This document shows positions 31,866 to 42,761 of a stretch of 64,000 bases of DNA, piece by piece (positions within the stretch are counted from its first letter, which is position 1; each line of letters begins with the position of its first letter). The notes under the pieces were generated by a model. It was not told the origin of the DNA. It did not search any database and was given only the letters and a program-made list of their open reading frames with translations. The position numbers and the translations under genes are program-made. Origin of the DNA: an uncultured Frankineae bacterium (lineage in GTDB: Bacteria; Actinomycetota; Actinomycetes; Mycobacteriales; SCTD01); contig CADCUB010000120.1 of the NCBI GenBank assembly GCA_902805775.1, positions 2,153-66,152 on the forward strand, written 5' to 3'.

Positions 31866-32612
31866 GTGCTCCGGACGGTGACGGCTCTGCGCTACGTGAT
31901 GCCGCTGCGCGAGGGCGGCTCGCTGCCGGGGATCATGGAGGCGGACGACCTCGGCACCTGGGTGGTGAAGTACGTCGGCGCCGGACAGGGGCGCAAGGTC
32001 CTGGTCGCGGAGGTGCTGGTCGGTGAGCTCGCCCGCAGCCTGGGCCTGCCGGTGCCCGAGCTCGTCCTGGTCGACGTCGACCCGGTGCTCGGCCGGGCCG
32101 AGCCCGACGAGGAGGTGCAGGACCTCCTGCGCGCCAGCCCGGGGATCAACCTGGGCACCGACTACCTGCCCGGCGCCCTGGGGTTCGACCCCAACGCGCA
32201 CGTCGTCGATCCCGACCTCGCCAGCAGGGTCCTGTGGCTGGACGCGCTCGTCGGCAACGTCGACCGCAGCTGGCGCAACCCCAACCTGCTGATGTGGCAC
32301 CGCCGGCTCCACCTCATCGACCACGGCGCCTGCCTGGTGTTCCACCACGACTGGTCCCGTGCCGAGCGGGCGGCGACCCGGCCGTACGCCGCGGACGACC
32401 ACGTCCTGGCCGGGCAGGCGACGCGGCGGGCGCAGGCCGGGGAGGCGCTGGCGGCGCAGGTGACCCGCGAGCGGCTCGAGCGGGCGGTCGCGCTGGTGCC
32501 CGGCGTCTGGCTGGAGGACGAGCCGGGCTTCGCCGACGCCGACGCGGTGCGGGCCGCCTACGTCGACCACCTGCTGCGCCGCCTCGACGCACGTGAGGTC
32601 TGGCAGCCGTGA
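31866..32612 (+). CDS. HipA-like kinase
   Basis: LREGGSLP, VVK..GAGQG, LGLPVP, NVDRSWRNPN, LIDHG; leaderless CACGAT-N6-GTG. Confidence 0.88.
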   Translation: MLRTVTALRYVMPLREGGSLPGIMEADDLGTWVVKYVGAGQGRKVLVAEVLVGELARSLGLPVPELVLVDVDPVLGRAEPDEEVQDLLRASPGINLGTDYLPGALGFDPNAHVVDPDLASRVLWLDALVGNVDRSWRNPNLLMWHRRLHLIDHGACLVFHHDWSRAERAATRPYAADDHVLAGQATRRAQAGEALAAQVTRERLERAVALVPGVWLEDEPGFADADAVRAAYVDHLLRRLDAREVWQP

Positions 32613-32980
32613 GCCGCGTCGTCTTCGAGTACGCCCTGGTGCGTGCGTCCCCGCGGGTCGACCGCGGGGAGTGCGTCAACGTCGGTGTGGTCCTGTACTG
32701 CCAGGCCCGCGACTTCCTGGCGGTGCAGGTGCACGTCGAGCCGCAGCGGCTGCGGCTGCTCGACGCCTCGGTCGACGTCGACGGCGTGACCGGTGCCGCT
32801 GCAGCGCTGCAGCGCACGTGCGCGGGGGAGGGGCCTGCGGGGGCGACGTCGCTCGGGCAGCGCTTCCGGTGGCTCACGTCGCCCCGGAGCACGGTGGTGC
32901 ACACCGGTCCGGTGCACAGCGGCCTGACCGACGACCCGCGGGTCGAGCTGGGGCGGCTGGTCGACGTGCTGGTGCGCTGA
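32609..32980 (+). CDS. DUF3037 domain protein
   Basis: FEYALVR..PRVDRGECVNVGVVL...RFRWLTSPRST; GTGA overlap with the kinase. Confidence 0.9.
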   Translation: MSRVVFEYALVRASPRVDRGECVNVGVVLYCQARDFLAVQVHVEPQRLRLLDASVDVDGVTGAAAALQRTCAGEGPAGATSLGQRFRWLTSPRSTVVHTGPVHSGLTDDPRVELGRLVDVLVR

Positions 32981-32990
32981 CCCGGCAGGG

Positions 32991-34280
32991 TCAGCTCGAC
33001 CGGCGGCGTCCGGACGTGAGCATGCTGCCCAGCCAGGCGGTGAGCAGGAACGCCGCGGGCGCCAGGTCGACCAGCGGGTCGGACGCGCCGGTCGTCGACC
33101 GGGACGGCACGGCGAGCAGCGTCGCCGGCTCGGCCTCCTGCGGGCCGGAGGCCGTCGCCGTCCGCCCGAGCAGGCGGTCGAGGGGAGAGGTCAGCGCGAC
33201 CAGCTCGCCGGAGGTCCCGGCGGCGATGCCCACCGGCGGGGCGATGACGGGGGCCGGCACCGGGGCCGGACCGGCGAGCGCGCTGAGCGGCGAGGACCCC
33301 CAGCTCAGTGACGGGAGGTAGCCGCTGCGACCGTTGCCGAGGAAGCCGCCGGACGAGCCCGAGCCGGTGCCGGATGAGATCTCAGCGCCGGGGGTGGTCG
33401 GGACCACAGGCGCGGGTGACCGCGTCGTGGCGCCACCGACGGAGACGCGCCGCGGCGACTCGAGAGGCCGCGGACCGGCGGTGCGGCCGCCGGTCGGGCC
33501 GGCAGCCGTCGGGTCGGCCGTGCGGGTCGGTGTGCCGGTCGGATCGGGGGTGGGGCCGGCGCTGCCGCCCGGAGTCGGACCGGTGGACCCGCCCGGGGTC
33601 GGCCCCGCAGTGGGATCCGGGCTCGGCGTGGGGCTCCCGGACCCGCCCGGAGTCGGACCTGCACTGCCGCCGGGGGTGGGGCTCGCACTGCCGCCGGGGG
33701 TGGGGCTCGCAATGACGTCGGGGGTGGGGCTCGCGCTGCCGTCGGGGGTGGGGCTCGCGCTGCCGTCGGGGGTGGGGCTCGCGCTGCCGCCGGGCGTGGG
33801 GCCGGCCGTCCCGCCCGGGGTCGGCTCCGGCGTGGGCGTGCCACCCGTCGTGGCGCCGCACGCTGCGAGGGTCAGCGCCGCGTCGGCAGCGCGGGCGCCG
33901 TCGACCACCACCTCGACCTCGACACGGGGGTCGTCGTCGGGCACCGCCTGCGCGTCGAGCGCGACGAGGAGGTCCCCGTCGGTGAGCGCGAGCGTGGCCG
34001 TCGTGCCGGCCGCCGCCCCGCCCGCCGGACCGTCACCGGCCCCGGGCAGCGCGGGCACGACGTCGCCGGAGGCCACCGAGACGACCGTCACCGCGGCCGG
34101 GTGCTCGCCCTCGCCCAGCCCGGACACCGCGAGCACCACACCGCAGGTCTCGGCGGCTGCCGTCACGCCGACCGAGGTGGCGGCGTGGGCGGGCAGGCTC
34201 AGCGCGAGCGTCACCGGCACGACGGCCAGGCCGGCAGCGGCCAGGCGCCGCCGGACAGCCGAGCGCACGGGGAGGGACAC
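32991..34280 (-). CDS. Exported, C-terminally anchored Pro/Thr/Ser/Gly-rich protein
   Basis: Signal peptide (RRRLAAAG...PAHA), repeat stalk, C-terminal hydrophobic segment plus RRR; TACTCT-N6-GTG. Confidence 0.72.
   Translation of the reverse strand: MSLPVRSAVRRRLAAAGLAVVPVTLALSLPAHAATSVGVTAAAETCGVVLAVSGLGEGEHPAAVTVVSVASGDVVPALPGAGDGPAGGAAAGTTATLALTDGDLLVALDAQAVPDDDPRVEVEVVVDGARAADAALTLAACGATTGGTPTPEPTPGGTAGPTPGGSASPTPDGSASPTPDGSASPTPDVIASPTPGGSASPTPGGSAGPTPGGSGSPTPSPDPTAGPTPGGSTGPTPGGSAGPTPDPTGTPTRTADPTAAGPTGGRTAGPRPLESPRRVSVGGATTRSPAPVVPTTPGAEISSGTGSGSSGGFLGNGRSGYLPSLSWGSSPLSALAGPAPVPAPVIAPPVGIAAGTSGELVALTSPLDRLLGRTATASGPQEAEPATLLAVPSRSTTGASDPLVDLAPAAFLLTAWLGSMLTSGRRRSS
33541..33840 (-). 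repeat. Intragenic 24-bp tandem repeat (SASPTPDG/SAGPTPGG)
   Basis: About ten degenerate copies of GGGGTGGGGCTCGCGCTGCCGTCG. Confidence 0.9.
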
Positions 34281-34367
34281 CCCGTCAGAGTACGGGCGCA
34301 CCGCCGAACAGGGAAACCCGGTCGAGCGCTCCAGATCGCGGAGCGTCGTGCCGAAGACGAGCCCGGT

Positions 34368-35639
<1,272 letters not shown>

Positions 35640-35808
35640 GGTGCGGTCCTCCGACAGGTCAGCCGGCCCACGGCCTCCGGGGGATCGCCCCGTCGTACGG
35701 TGCCGGCGTGCGGGTGGGTGCAGATCTCGACGAGGGAGTGGGCGAGGTGCTCCTCCCGGTGCTCGGAACCGTACCCGGTGCCCTTCCGCCCCGGCAGGGG
35801 CGCCGCCC

Positions 35809-36336
35809 GTGACCGAGGAGCACGACGCACCGCTGGTCGTCACGCTGCTGCTCGACCCGCAGGCCTCGGCGCGCTTCGACGCCCTGCGGCGGGCGCACTT
35901 CCCGCCCGAGCGCAACCACCTGCAGGCGCACGTCACCCTCTTCCACGCACTGCCCGGCGCGCAGCTGGCCCGGGTGCGGAACGACCTGGCGCAGGTCGCG
36001 CAGCGGCCGCCGTTCCCGGTCACGGTGGCCCGCGTGCGCAGCCTCGGCCGCGGGGTGGCCTACGACCTGCGGGACGCGGAGCTGGACGCCGTCCGCGCCG
36101 AGCTGGCCCGGCGCTGGGCGGCGGAGCTGACGCCGCAGGACGCCCGGCCGCACCGGGCGCACGTGACCGTGCAGAACAAGGTGGACCCGCACACCGCCCG
36201 CGCACTGCTGGCCGAGCTGCAGACCGGCTTCGCGCCGTACGCCGTGACCGCCGTGGGGCTGGCGCTGTGGCGCTACCTCGGCGGTCCGTGGGAGCCGCTC
36301 GGCGACTACCGCTTCTCGCCGGCCGCGACCGGGTGA
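35809..36336 (+). CDS. 2H phosphoesterase (2'-5' RNA ligase family)
   Basis: Two HxT motifs: HVTLFH and HVTVQN. Confidence 0.85.
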   Translation: MTEEHDAPLVVTLLLDPQASARFDALRRAHFPPERNHLQAHVTLFHALPGAQLARVRNDLAQVAQRPPFPVTVARVRSLGRGVAYDLRDAELDAVRAELARRWAAELTPQDARPHRAHVTVQNKVDPHTARALLAELQTGFAPYAVTAVGLALWRYLGGPWEPLGDYRFSPAATG

Positions 36337-37790
36337 CCGGCGATCCGCTCGGCGTCGGAGGTCTCGGACGAGCCGGCCTCGGTGCTCGGGTCGGTGTTGC
36401 TGTCGCGGTCGGTGACCGACAGACCGTCCAGGCTCTGGCTCGTCTGGCCGAGTGAGCCGCGGTCCTCGACCTCGGCGTGGTTGATGCGCTGCAGCTGCGT
36501 GCGCGCCACCACCTGCTGGTAGGTGGCGGTGCGCTCGGACCGGCCGCGGCCGATGAAGCTCACCGACCAGTGCATGAGCGCGGTGATGCGGTTCTTGAAG
36601 GCCGTGAGGTAGAGCAGGTGGACGACCAGCCAGGCGACCCAGGCCGGGAAGCCGCGCAGGCGGACCTTGCCGATGCTCGCCACCGCCCGGAAGCGCGAGA
36701 TCGTCGCCATCGAGCCCTTGTCGAAGTACTTGAAGGGCTTGCCGCCGGGCCGGCCCGCGACGCGCGCCTGGATGTCCTTGGCGGCGTGCTTGGCCCCCTG
36801 GATCGCCACGGGGGAGACGCCGGGCAGCCGGTCCAGGCCCATCATGTCGCCCACGACGTAGACCTCCGGGTGCCCCGGCAGCGTCAGGTCGCGGTTGACC
36901 TGCACCCGCCCGCTGCGGTCGAGCTGCGCGCCCGACTGCTCCGCGAGCTGCTTGCCGAGGGGGGAGGCGGCGACACCGGCGGCCCAGATCTTGGTCCGCG
37001 CCTCGATGCGCCGGTGCGTGCCGTCCTTGTCCTTGACCTCGATGCCGTGCTCGTCGACGTCGACCACCATGGCGCCGAGCTGGACCTCGACGCCCATGTC
37101 CTCGAGCTCCTCGCGGGCGTGGGCCGACAGGGCGTCGCCGAAGGTGCCGAGGACGGCGTCGGCGGCGTCGAGCAGCACCACGCGCGTCGTCGAGGGGTCG
37201 ATGCGGCGGAAGTTGCTCTTGAGCGTGCGGCGGGAGAGCTCGGCGATCTGCCCGGCCATCTCGACGCCGGTCGGCCCGGCGCCGACCACGACGAAGGTCA
37301 GCCAGGCGTCGAGCTCGATCGGGTCGTCCTCGAGCTCGGCCAGCTCGTACGCCCCGAAGATCCGCCCGCGCAGCTCGAGGGCGTCGTCGATCGACTTCAT
37401 GCCCGGCGCGAACTCCGCGAACTGGTCGTTGCCGAAGTAGGACTGGCTCGAGCCGGCGGCGACGATCAGGGAGTCGTACGGCGTGACGGTCGTCTTGTCG
37501 AGGATCGTGTGGGTGACCGTCCGCGCGGCGAGGTCGATCCGCTCGACGTTGCCGAGCAGCACCCGGGCGTTCTCCTGTCGCCGCAGGATGTCGCGGGTCG
37601 TCGGGGCGATCTCGCCCTCGGACAGGATCCCCGTGGCGACCTGGTAGAGCAGCGGCTGGAACAGGTGGTGGGACGTGCGGTCGATGACCGTGACGTCGAC
37701 GTCGGCGCGGCGCAGCGCCTTGGCGGCGAACAGGCCGCCGAAGCCCGAGCCGATGATGACCACCCGGTGGCGGTGTGCGGTCTGGGTCAT
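36306..37790 (-). CDS. ndh: Type II NADH dehydrogenase
   Basis: GSGFGG, HLFQPLLYQVATG, GAGPTGVEMAG, YFDKGSMAT. Confidence 0.94.
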   Translation of the reverse strand: MTQTAHRHRVVIIGSGFGGLFAAKALRRADVDVTVIDRTSHHLFQPLLYQVATGILSEGEIAPTTRDILRRQENARVLLGNVERIDLAARTVTHTILDKTTVTPYDSLIVAAGSSQSYFGNDQFAEFAPGMKSIDDALELRGRIFGAYELAELEDDPIELDAWLTFVVVGAGPTGVEMAGQIAELSRRTLKSNFRRIDPSTTRVVLLDAADAVLGTFGDALSAHAREELEDMGVEVQLGAMVVDVDEHGIEVKDKDGTHRRIEARTKIWAAGVAASPLGKQLAEQSGAQLDRSGRVQVNRDLTLPGHPEVYVVGDMMGLDRLPGVSPVAIQGAKHAAKDIQARVAGRPGGKPFKYFDKGSMATISRFRAVASIGKVRLRGFPAWVAWLVVHLLYLTAFKNRITALMHWSVSFIGRGRSERTATYQQVVARTQLQRINHAEVEDRGSLGQTSQSLDGLSVTDRDSNTDPSTEAGSSETSDAERIAGHPVAAGEKR

Positions 37791-37918
37791 GTCTCGTCCT
37801 CCTCGGGGGTCGGGCACCAGCATGTCCAACCCGGCGCCGGTGTCCGTCCGTCCCCCTACCCCTGCGAGACTGGACACACCTGTCGCGGTGCTCGCGCAGG
37901 CCGGAGGAGGACCGCACG

Positions 37919-38446
37919 GTGCCGCACGAGCTGTCCTCGCCGGCGGTGCTGGCCGAGGTGAGGCGGGCGCGCACGGCCGACGTCCCGGGGATCCGGGCGC
38001 TCGTCGACGCCAACACCGCCGATCGCCGCCTGCTCGAGAAGGCCACCGTCACGCTCTACGAGGACGTGCAGGAGTTCTTCGTCGCGGTGGACGGTGACGA
38101 GGTGGTGGGCTGCGGAGCGCTGCACGTGCTGTGGGAGGACCTCGCCGAGGTGCGCACCCTCGCCGTCGCCCCGCACGTGCAGGGGCGGGGCATCGGCGCC
38201 GCGCTCCTGAGCCGCCTCGTCGAGAACGCCCGTGACCTGGGCGTGCGCCGGCTGTTCTGCCTCACCTTCGAGGTCGAGTTCTTCGCCCGTCACGGCTTCG
38301 TGCCGGTGCAGGAGGCGATCGTCGACCCGGCCGTGCAGGCCCAGATGCTGCAGTCGCCGGACGAGGGTGTCGCGGAGTTCCTCGACCTGGAGCGGGTCAA
38401 GCCCAACACGCTCGGCAACACGCGGATGCTCGCGCGGCTGGCCTGA
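37919..38446 (+). CDS. argA: Amino-acid N-acetyltransferase (short ArgA)
   Basis: LYEDVQEF, GCGALHVLWEDLAEVRTLAV, KPNTLGNTRM; RBS GGAGGAGG. Confidence 0.9.
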   Translation: MPHELSSPAVLAEVRRARTADVPGIRALVDANTADRRLLEKATVTLYEDVQEFFVAVDGDEVVGCGALHVLWEDLAEVRTLAVAPHVQGRGIGAALLSRLVENARDLGVRRLFCLTFEVEFFARHGFVPVQEAIVDPAVQAQMLQSPDEGVAEFLDLERVKPNTLGNTRMLARLA

Positions 38447-38491
38447 CGGTCGCGGAACAACGGGCGGCCCGCGTACGCTGACCTCTGTGTA

Positions 38492-38505
38492 GTTGCAAGT
38501 GCAAC
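38492..38505. promoter_or_regulatory. Palindromic operator upstream of pirin
   Basis: GTTGCA-AG-TGCAAC in an AT-richer patch. Confidence 0.5.
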
Positions 38506-38522
38506 GACCTGAGGAGCCCGCC

Positions 38523-39491
38523 ATGCCCGCTGTCCACGCGAACACCCTGACGCTGCCGCGCGTCCCCCGTGCCGGCCTGGGTGACGTCGACCGTCCCGTC
38601 CTGTCCGTCACCACGGCGCCCACGGGCTTCGAGGGTGAGGGCTTCCCGGTGCGCCGGGCCTTCGCCGGCATCGCTCCCCGCGTGCTCGACCCGTTCATCA
38701 TGATGGACCAGATGGGCGAGGTGGAGTACGCCCCGGGCGAGCCCAAGGGCACGTCCTGGCACCCGCACCGCGGCTTCGAGACCGTCACCTACATCATGGA
38801 CGGCGCCTTCCAGCACCAGGACAGCCACGGCGGCGGCGGCCTCATCGCCGACGGCGCGACGCAGTGGATGACCGCGGGTGGCGGCATCCTGCACATCGAG
38901 ACGCCTCCCGTGGAGCTGGTCCGCAGCGGCGGCACCTTCCACGGCGTGCAGCTGTGGGTCAACCTGCCCGGCCGGCTGAAGATGACCGACCCCGCCTACC
39001 AGAACCTCGAGGGCTCGGACGTCACGCTGCTGTCGTCCGACGACGGCGGCGCGCTGCTGCGGGTCATCGCGGGGGACGTCGCGGGCCACCGCGGCCCGGG
39101 CTCCACCCGCACGCCGATCGCCTTCGTGCACGCGTCGATCACGCCCGGGGCGCAGCTGTCCATGCCGTGGCAGCCCAGCTACAACTCCCTGGTGTACGTC
39201 CTGTCGGGGTCGGGACGGGTCGGCGTCGACGGCCACCCCGTCGGCACCGGGCAGACCGCCGTCCTCGGGGCGGGCGACCACCTCACGGTCAGCGCCGACG
39301 AGGTCCAGGAGGGTCGCCATGCCGCGCTCGAGGTGCTGCTGCTCGGCGGCGAGCCGATCCGCGAGCCCGTCGCGCAGTACGGCCCGTTCGTCATGAACAG
39401 CCGCCGGCAGCTGCAGCAGGCGGTCGAGGACTTCCAGGCCGGCCGCTTCGGTCAGATCCCGGCGGGCGCGCTGATGCCGCACACCGGCTGA
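38523..39491 (+). CDS. Pirin family protein
   Basis: EGEGFPVRR, WHPHRGFETVTY, MTAGGGILHIE, YGPFVMN. Confidence 0.94.
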   Translation: MPAVHANTLTLPRVPRAGLGDVDRPVLSVTTAPTGFEGEGFPVRRAFAGIAPRVLDPFIMMDQMGEVEYAPGEPKGTSWHPHRGFETVTYIMDGAFQHQDSHGGGGLIADGATQWMTAGGGILHIETPPVELVRSGGTFHGVQLWVNLPGRLKMTDPAYQNLEGSDVTLLSSDDGGALLRVIAGDVAGHRGPGSTRTPIAFVHASITPGAQLSMPWQPSYNSLVYVLSGSGRVGVDGHPVGTGQTAVLGAGDHLTVSADEVQEGRHAALEVLLLGGEPIREPVAQYGPFVMNSRRQLQQAVEDFQAGRFGQIPAGALMPHTG

Positions 39492-39498
39492 GCGCACG

Positions 39499-40170
39499 TC
39501 ACCGGCGGCGGTACAGCGCCGCCGCGGTGGCCGTCGCGAGGTTGAGGCTGCTGACCCCCGCCCGCATCGGCAGGGCGAGCACGACGTCGGCGTGGGCCCG
39601 CAGGTCTGCGCCGACGCCGTCGCGCTCCGTCCCGACGACCAGGACGGCGCCGGGTGGCAGGTCGGCGTCCGGGTCCCCGTCGGCGTCCAGGACGACGTAC
39701 GGCCCGGTCAGCCCGGCGGGGTCGTCCAGGGCGAGCACCGGCAGCGCGTAGTGCAGTCCGGCGCTGCCCCGCAGCACGCTGGGGTGCCACGGGTCGAGCG
39801 GGCCGGTGGTCAGCACGCCGCTCGCGCCGGCCGCCGCGGCCACCCGGACGACGGCCCCGGCGTTGCCCGGTGAGCGGGGCCGGTCGAGCAGCACCACCGG
39901 CGCGGTCCGGCCCCCGAGCACGGCGTCGTCGACCGGAGGCACCCGGGCCCGGGCCTCGACCCCGGTGTGGTGGGCGACGTCGGCGACCACCGCACGGTGC
40001 AGCAGCGCGTCGGCGACGTCGGGTGCCAGCCGCTCGGCGAGCGCCCGCGCCGCGCCGCGGTCGCTCACCCGGACCTCGTCCACCAGCTCCGGCGCGAAGC
40101 GCAGCGCGTGCTTCACGCAGTGCAGCCCCTCCAGCGCCACCGCAAGAGGTCGGCGGAGGCTCACGCCCAC
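39499..40170 (-). CDS. TrmH/SpoU RNA methyltransferase
   Basis: PGNAGAVVR, GTERDG, PM...SLNLA. Confidence 0.88.
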   Translation of the reverse strand: MGVSLRRPLAVALEGLHCVKHALRFAPELVDEVRVSDRGAARALAERLAPDVADALLHRAVVADVAHHTGVEARARVPPVDDAVLGGRTAPVVLLDRPRSPGNAGAVVRVAAAAGASGVLTTGPLDPWHPSVLRGSAGLHYALPVLALDDPAGLTGPYVVLDADGDPDADLPPGAVLVVGTERDGVGADLRAHADVVLALPMRAGVSSLNLATATAAALYRRR

Positions 40171-40198
40171 CGGCCGGCCGAGCCCGCCCCGGCGGGGC

Positions 40199-40567
40199 TC
40201 ACCAGTCCAGACCGGCCCGGGCGAGCTCGGCCTCGATCTGCAGCCGCGTGACCGGCGGCCAGGGCGGGCGCTCCGGCTCGGGCACGTCGAGCAGGCGGCA
40301 GCACAGGCGCAGGGTGTCGTCGTAGGCCAGGCTCAGCGCCTGCAGGCGGGCGCCCCGGTAGGGCAGGTCGGAGGCCGCCTCGGTCCGCCGGAACTCGTCC
40401 TCCAGCCGGCGCAGGTCGGCGACGAGCAGCTCCAGCGACCGCTCGGCCGCGGCGTTGTCGTTGCGGCGCCAGCCGTGGCCGGTCGACCACCGGTGCAGCA
40501 GGGCCCAGCCCATCCGGAAGACGGCAGCCGGAACGGCCGACAGCAGCACCCACAGCAGGATCCGCAC
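40199..40567 (-). CDS. Hypothetical protein with N-terminal membrane anchor
   Basis: RBS GGAGGAG; ADLRRL...AYDDTL...EAEL..AG..W pattern. Confidence 0.78.
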   Translation of the reverse strand: MRILLWVLLSAVPAAVFRMGWALLHRWSTGHGWRRNDNAAAERSLELLVADLRRLEDEFRRTEAASDLPYRGARLQALSLAYDDTLRLCCRLLDVPEPERPPWPPVTRLQIEAELARAGLDW

Positions 40568-40686
40568 GGCTCCTCCACTCGGTCGCCTCCCCAGGATCGC
40601 TCCTCCGGTCCATGACCACCACCCCGGAGTCGCCCGGTCCTGCGAAGGTGGTGGCTCCCGGGCGGCTCGTGCGGGAGCATGCCGCC

Positions 40687-41742
40687 ATGAGCGAGACCCC
40701 TCCGGAGCTGCGCGTCGGTGACCGTGAGCGCAAGGTGGTCGACGACCGCCTGCTGGCCGCGGTGGGGGACGGCGTCCTGACGCTGTCGGAGTACGACGAG
40801 CGGACGGCCGCGCTCTGGCAGGCCCGTACGCGCAGCGAGCTCGACGGCCTGGTGGCCGACCTGCCCCGCGCCGTCGAGGGGCCCGCGCCCGTCGAGGTGC
40901 CCGCCGCCACGCGGCCGCAGCGCGTGGTGGCGGTGATGTCCGAGGACCGCCTGGCGGACGCCCTCGCTCCCGGCCAGCGGGTCGAGGGCTACGCCCTGAT
41001 GGGCAAGGCGGTCGTCGACCTGCGCCGTGAGGACCTGCCCGACGGCACGCGCGTCCGGGTGCGCTCGCTCATGGGTGAGGTGGAGGTCCAGGTGCCGCCG
41101 GGAGCCGTCGTCCGCCTGTCGGGCTTCTCCCTCATGGGCGAGCGCAAGGTGGCCGTCGCCCCGGGCGGCGGGCCCGTGGTGCACGTCGACGCGATCGCCG
41201 TCATGGGCAGCGTCAAGGTCGGCGTGGGCGACGGAGCGGTGGTGCCCCGCAGGACGCACGGCCTGGGACACGTCCCCCACGCACGGCCGGCGCCGGCGCC
41301 GGTCCCGTCGGCCCCGTCGGCGACGTCGTCGAGGCGACCCGCGCGGCACGGCCGGGGGCGCCTGGGCCGTGCGCTGACCGGGGCCAAGGGGCTGCTGGTG
41401 CCGGCCGCCGTGCTCGGCGCCGTGGTGCTGGCCGGGCCGGACAACGTGTCGATCTTCGGCAGCAGTGTCGAGCGGGCGGCGGACCGCAGCGTGCAGGTCT
41501 CCACGCTGTTCGGCAGCACCACCGTCATCGTGCCGGACGGGAGCCGCGTCGACACCAGCGGGATCATGGTCTTCGGCAGCACCGACTGCGAGCAGGCGTG
41601 CACCAGCGGACAGGGGGAGGTCGTCGAGGTCCGTCGCTTCGGGGCGTTCGGCAGCGTCGAGATCGTGACCGAGTCGGAGTGGGAGCAGGAGCGGCGCGAC
41701 GACGACGACGGGCCGGTGGAGCTCGAGGGGCCGGGGGACTAG
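40687..41742 (+). CDS. DUF1707 (SHOCT-like) protein with LiaF-like beta-repeat domains
   Basis: LRVGDRER...LTLSEYDER...LVADLP, followed by repeated MG/FG strands. Confidence 0.85.
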   Translation: MSETPPELRVGDRERKVVDDRLLAAVGDGVLTLSEYDERTAALWQARTRSELDGLVADLPRAVEGPAPVEVPAATRPQRVVAVMSEDRLADALAPGQRVEGYALMGKAVVDLRREDLPDGTRVRVRSLMGEVEVQVPPGAVVRLSGFSLMGERKVAVAPGGGPVVHVDAIAVMGSVKVGVGDGAVVPRRTHGLGHVPHARPAPAPVPSAPSATSSRRPARHGRGRLGRALTGAKGLLVPAAVLGAVVLAGPDNVSIFGSSVERAADRSVQVSTLFGSTTVIVPDGSRVDTSGIMVFGSTDCEQACTSGQGEVVEVRRFGAFGSVEIVTESEWEQERRDDDDGPVELEGPGD

Positions 41743-42647
41743 CTGGAGCCGTCCGCCTGGTCGGCGAGGAAGCGCTCGAACTCGTCGCCGAGCTCGTCGG
41801 CCGTCGGCAGGCCGCCGCCCATCTCGGCGAGCAGGCTGCGCGAGGCGCCGGAGCGGTAGGCGTCGTACTGCCCCTCCAGGGCGGTCACGACGGCGACCAC
41901 CTCGTCGGAGGAGGCCACCTGGGCGTCGACCTGCTCGCGCACCGACCGGGCGGCCTGCTCGAGCGGGGCGGTGTCGAACGAGAGCCCGGACAACCCGGCG
42001 AGGCTGGTCAGCAGCGTCAGGGCGGCCGGGGCGTAGGCCGTGTCGGCCAGGTAGTGGGGCACCGCCACGGCGAAGCCGGCGGCGTCGCGCCCGGCCTGCC
42101 CGAGGCGGTACTCGAGCAGGTGCCCGGCGCTCGCGGGGACCTGCACGTTGCCGACCCACTTCTCGTAGCCCGACACCGTCTCGGGACGGGTGGCGTGGGC
42201 GATGACGCCCAGCGGCCGGGTGTGGGGCACGGCCATCGGGATGCTGTTGAGCCCGACGGTGAGGGTGACGCCCAGGCTCGACACGAGCTGGCCGACGGCG
42301 GCGATGAACAGCTCCCAGTCGACGTCGGGCTCCGGGCCGGCGAGCACCAGGAACGGCGTGCCCTCGACGTCGTGCGCCAGGTGGACCGCCAGGGAGGGGT
42401 CGTCGTAGTCGGCCCAGTGGTCCTCGGCGAAGGTCATGACCGGCCGGCGGGCGCGGTAGTCGAGCAGGCGGTCGACGTCGAAGCGCGCCAGCACGCGCGA
42501 GCCGTGGGTCGACAGCAGGTGCTCGCGGGCCAGGCGCTTGGCGGCGCCGGCGTCGACGAAGCCGTCGAGGGCCTGCACGAGCACGACCTCGCCGAGCTCG
42601 GGCAGGTCGGGGTCGAGGTCGTACAGCTCGCTCGGGTCTCGTGCCAC
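41739..42647 (-). CDS. PAC2 family (proteasome assembly chaperone-like) protein
   Basis: GFVDAG, DYRARRP, GPEPD..W, PMAVPHTRP, VPHYL, LEGQYD. Confidence 0.9.
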   Translation of the reverse strand: MARDPSELYDLDPDLPELGEVVLVQALDGFVDAGAAKRLAREHLLSTHGSRVLARFDVDRLLDYRARRPVMTFAEDHWADYDDPSLAVHLAHDVEGTPFLVLAGPEPDVDWELFIAAVGQLVSSLGVTLTVGLNSIPMAVPHTRPLGVIAHATRPETVSGYEKWVGNVQVPASAGHLLEYRLGQAGRDAAGFAVAVPHYLADTAYAPAALTLLTSLAGLSGLSFDTAPLEQAARSVREQVDAQVASSDEVVAVVTALEGQYDAYRSGASRSLLAEMGGGLPTADELGDEFERFLADQADGSS

Positions 42648-42761
42648 GAAGGGCTCCTCCTGCAGTGGGTCTCCTGCGCTGAGGAACGCCGCGGACCGGA
42701 TGGCGTGTTCCGTCCCGGCCCGTGCGCCGGAGGGGGTGAGCCCCGTCACTAGGCTCGCCGC

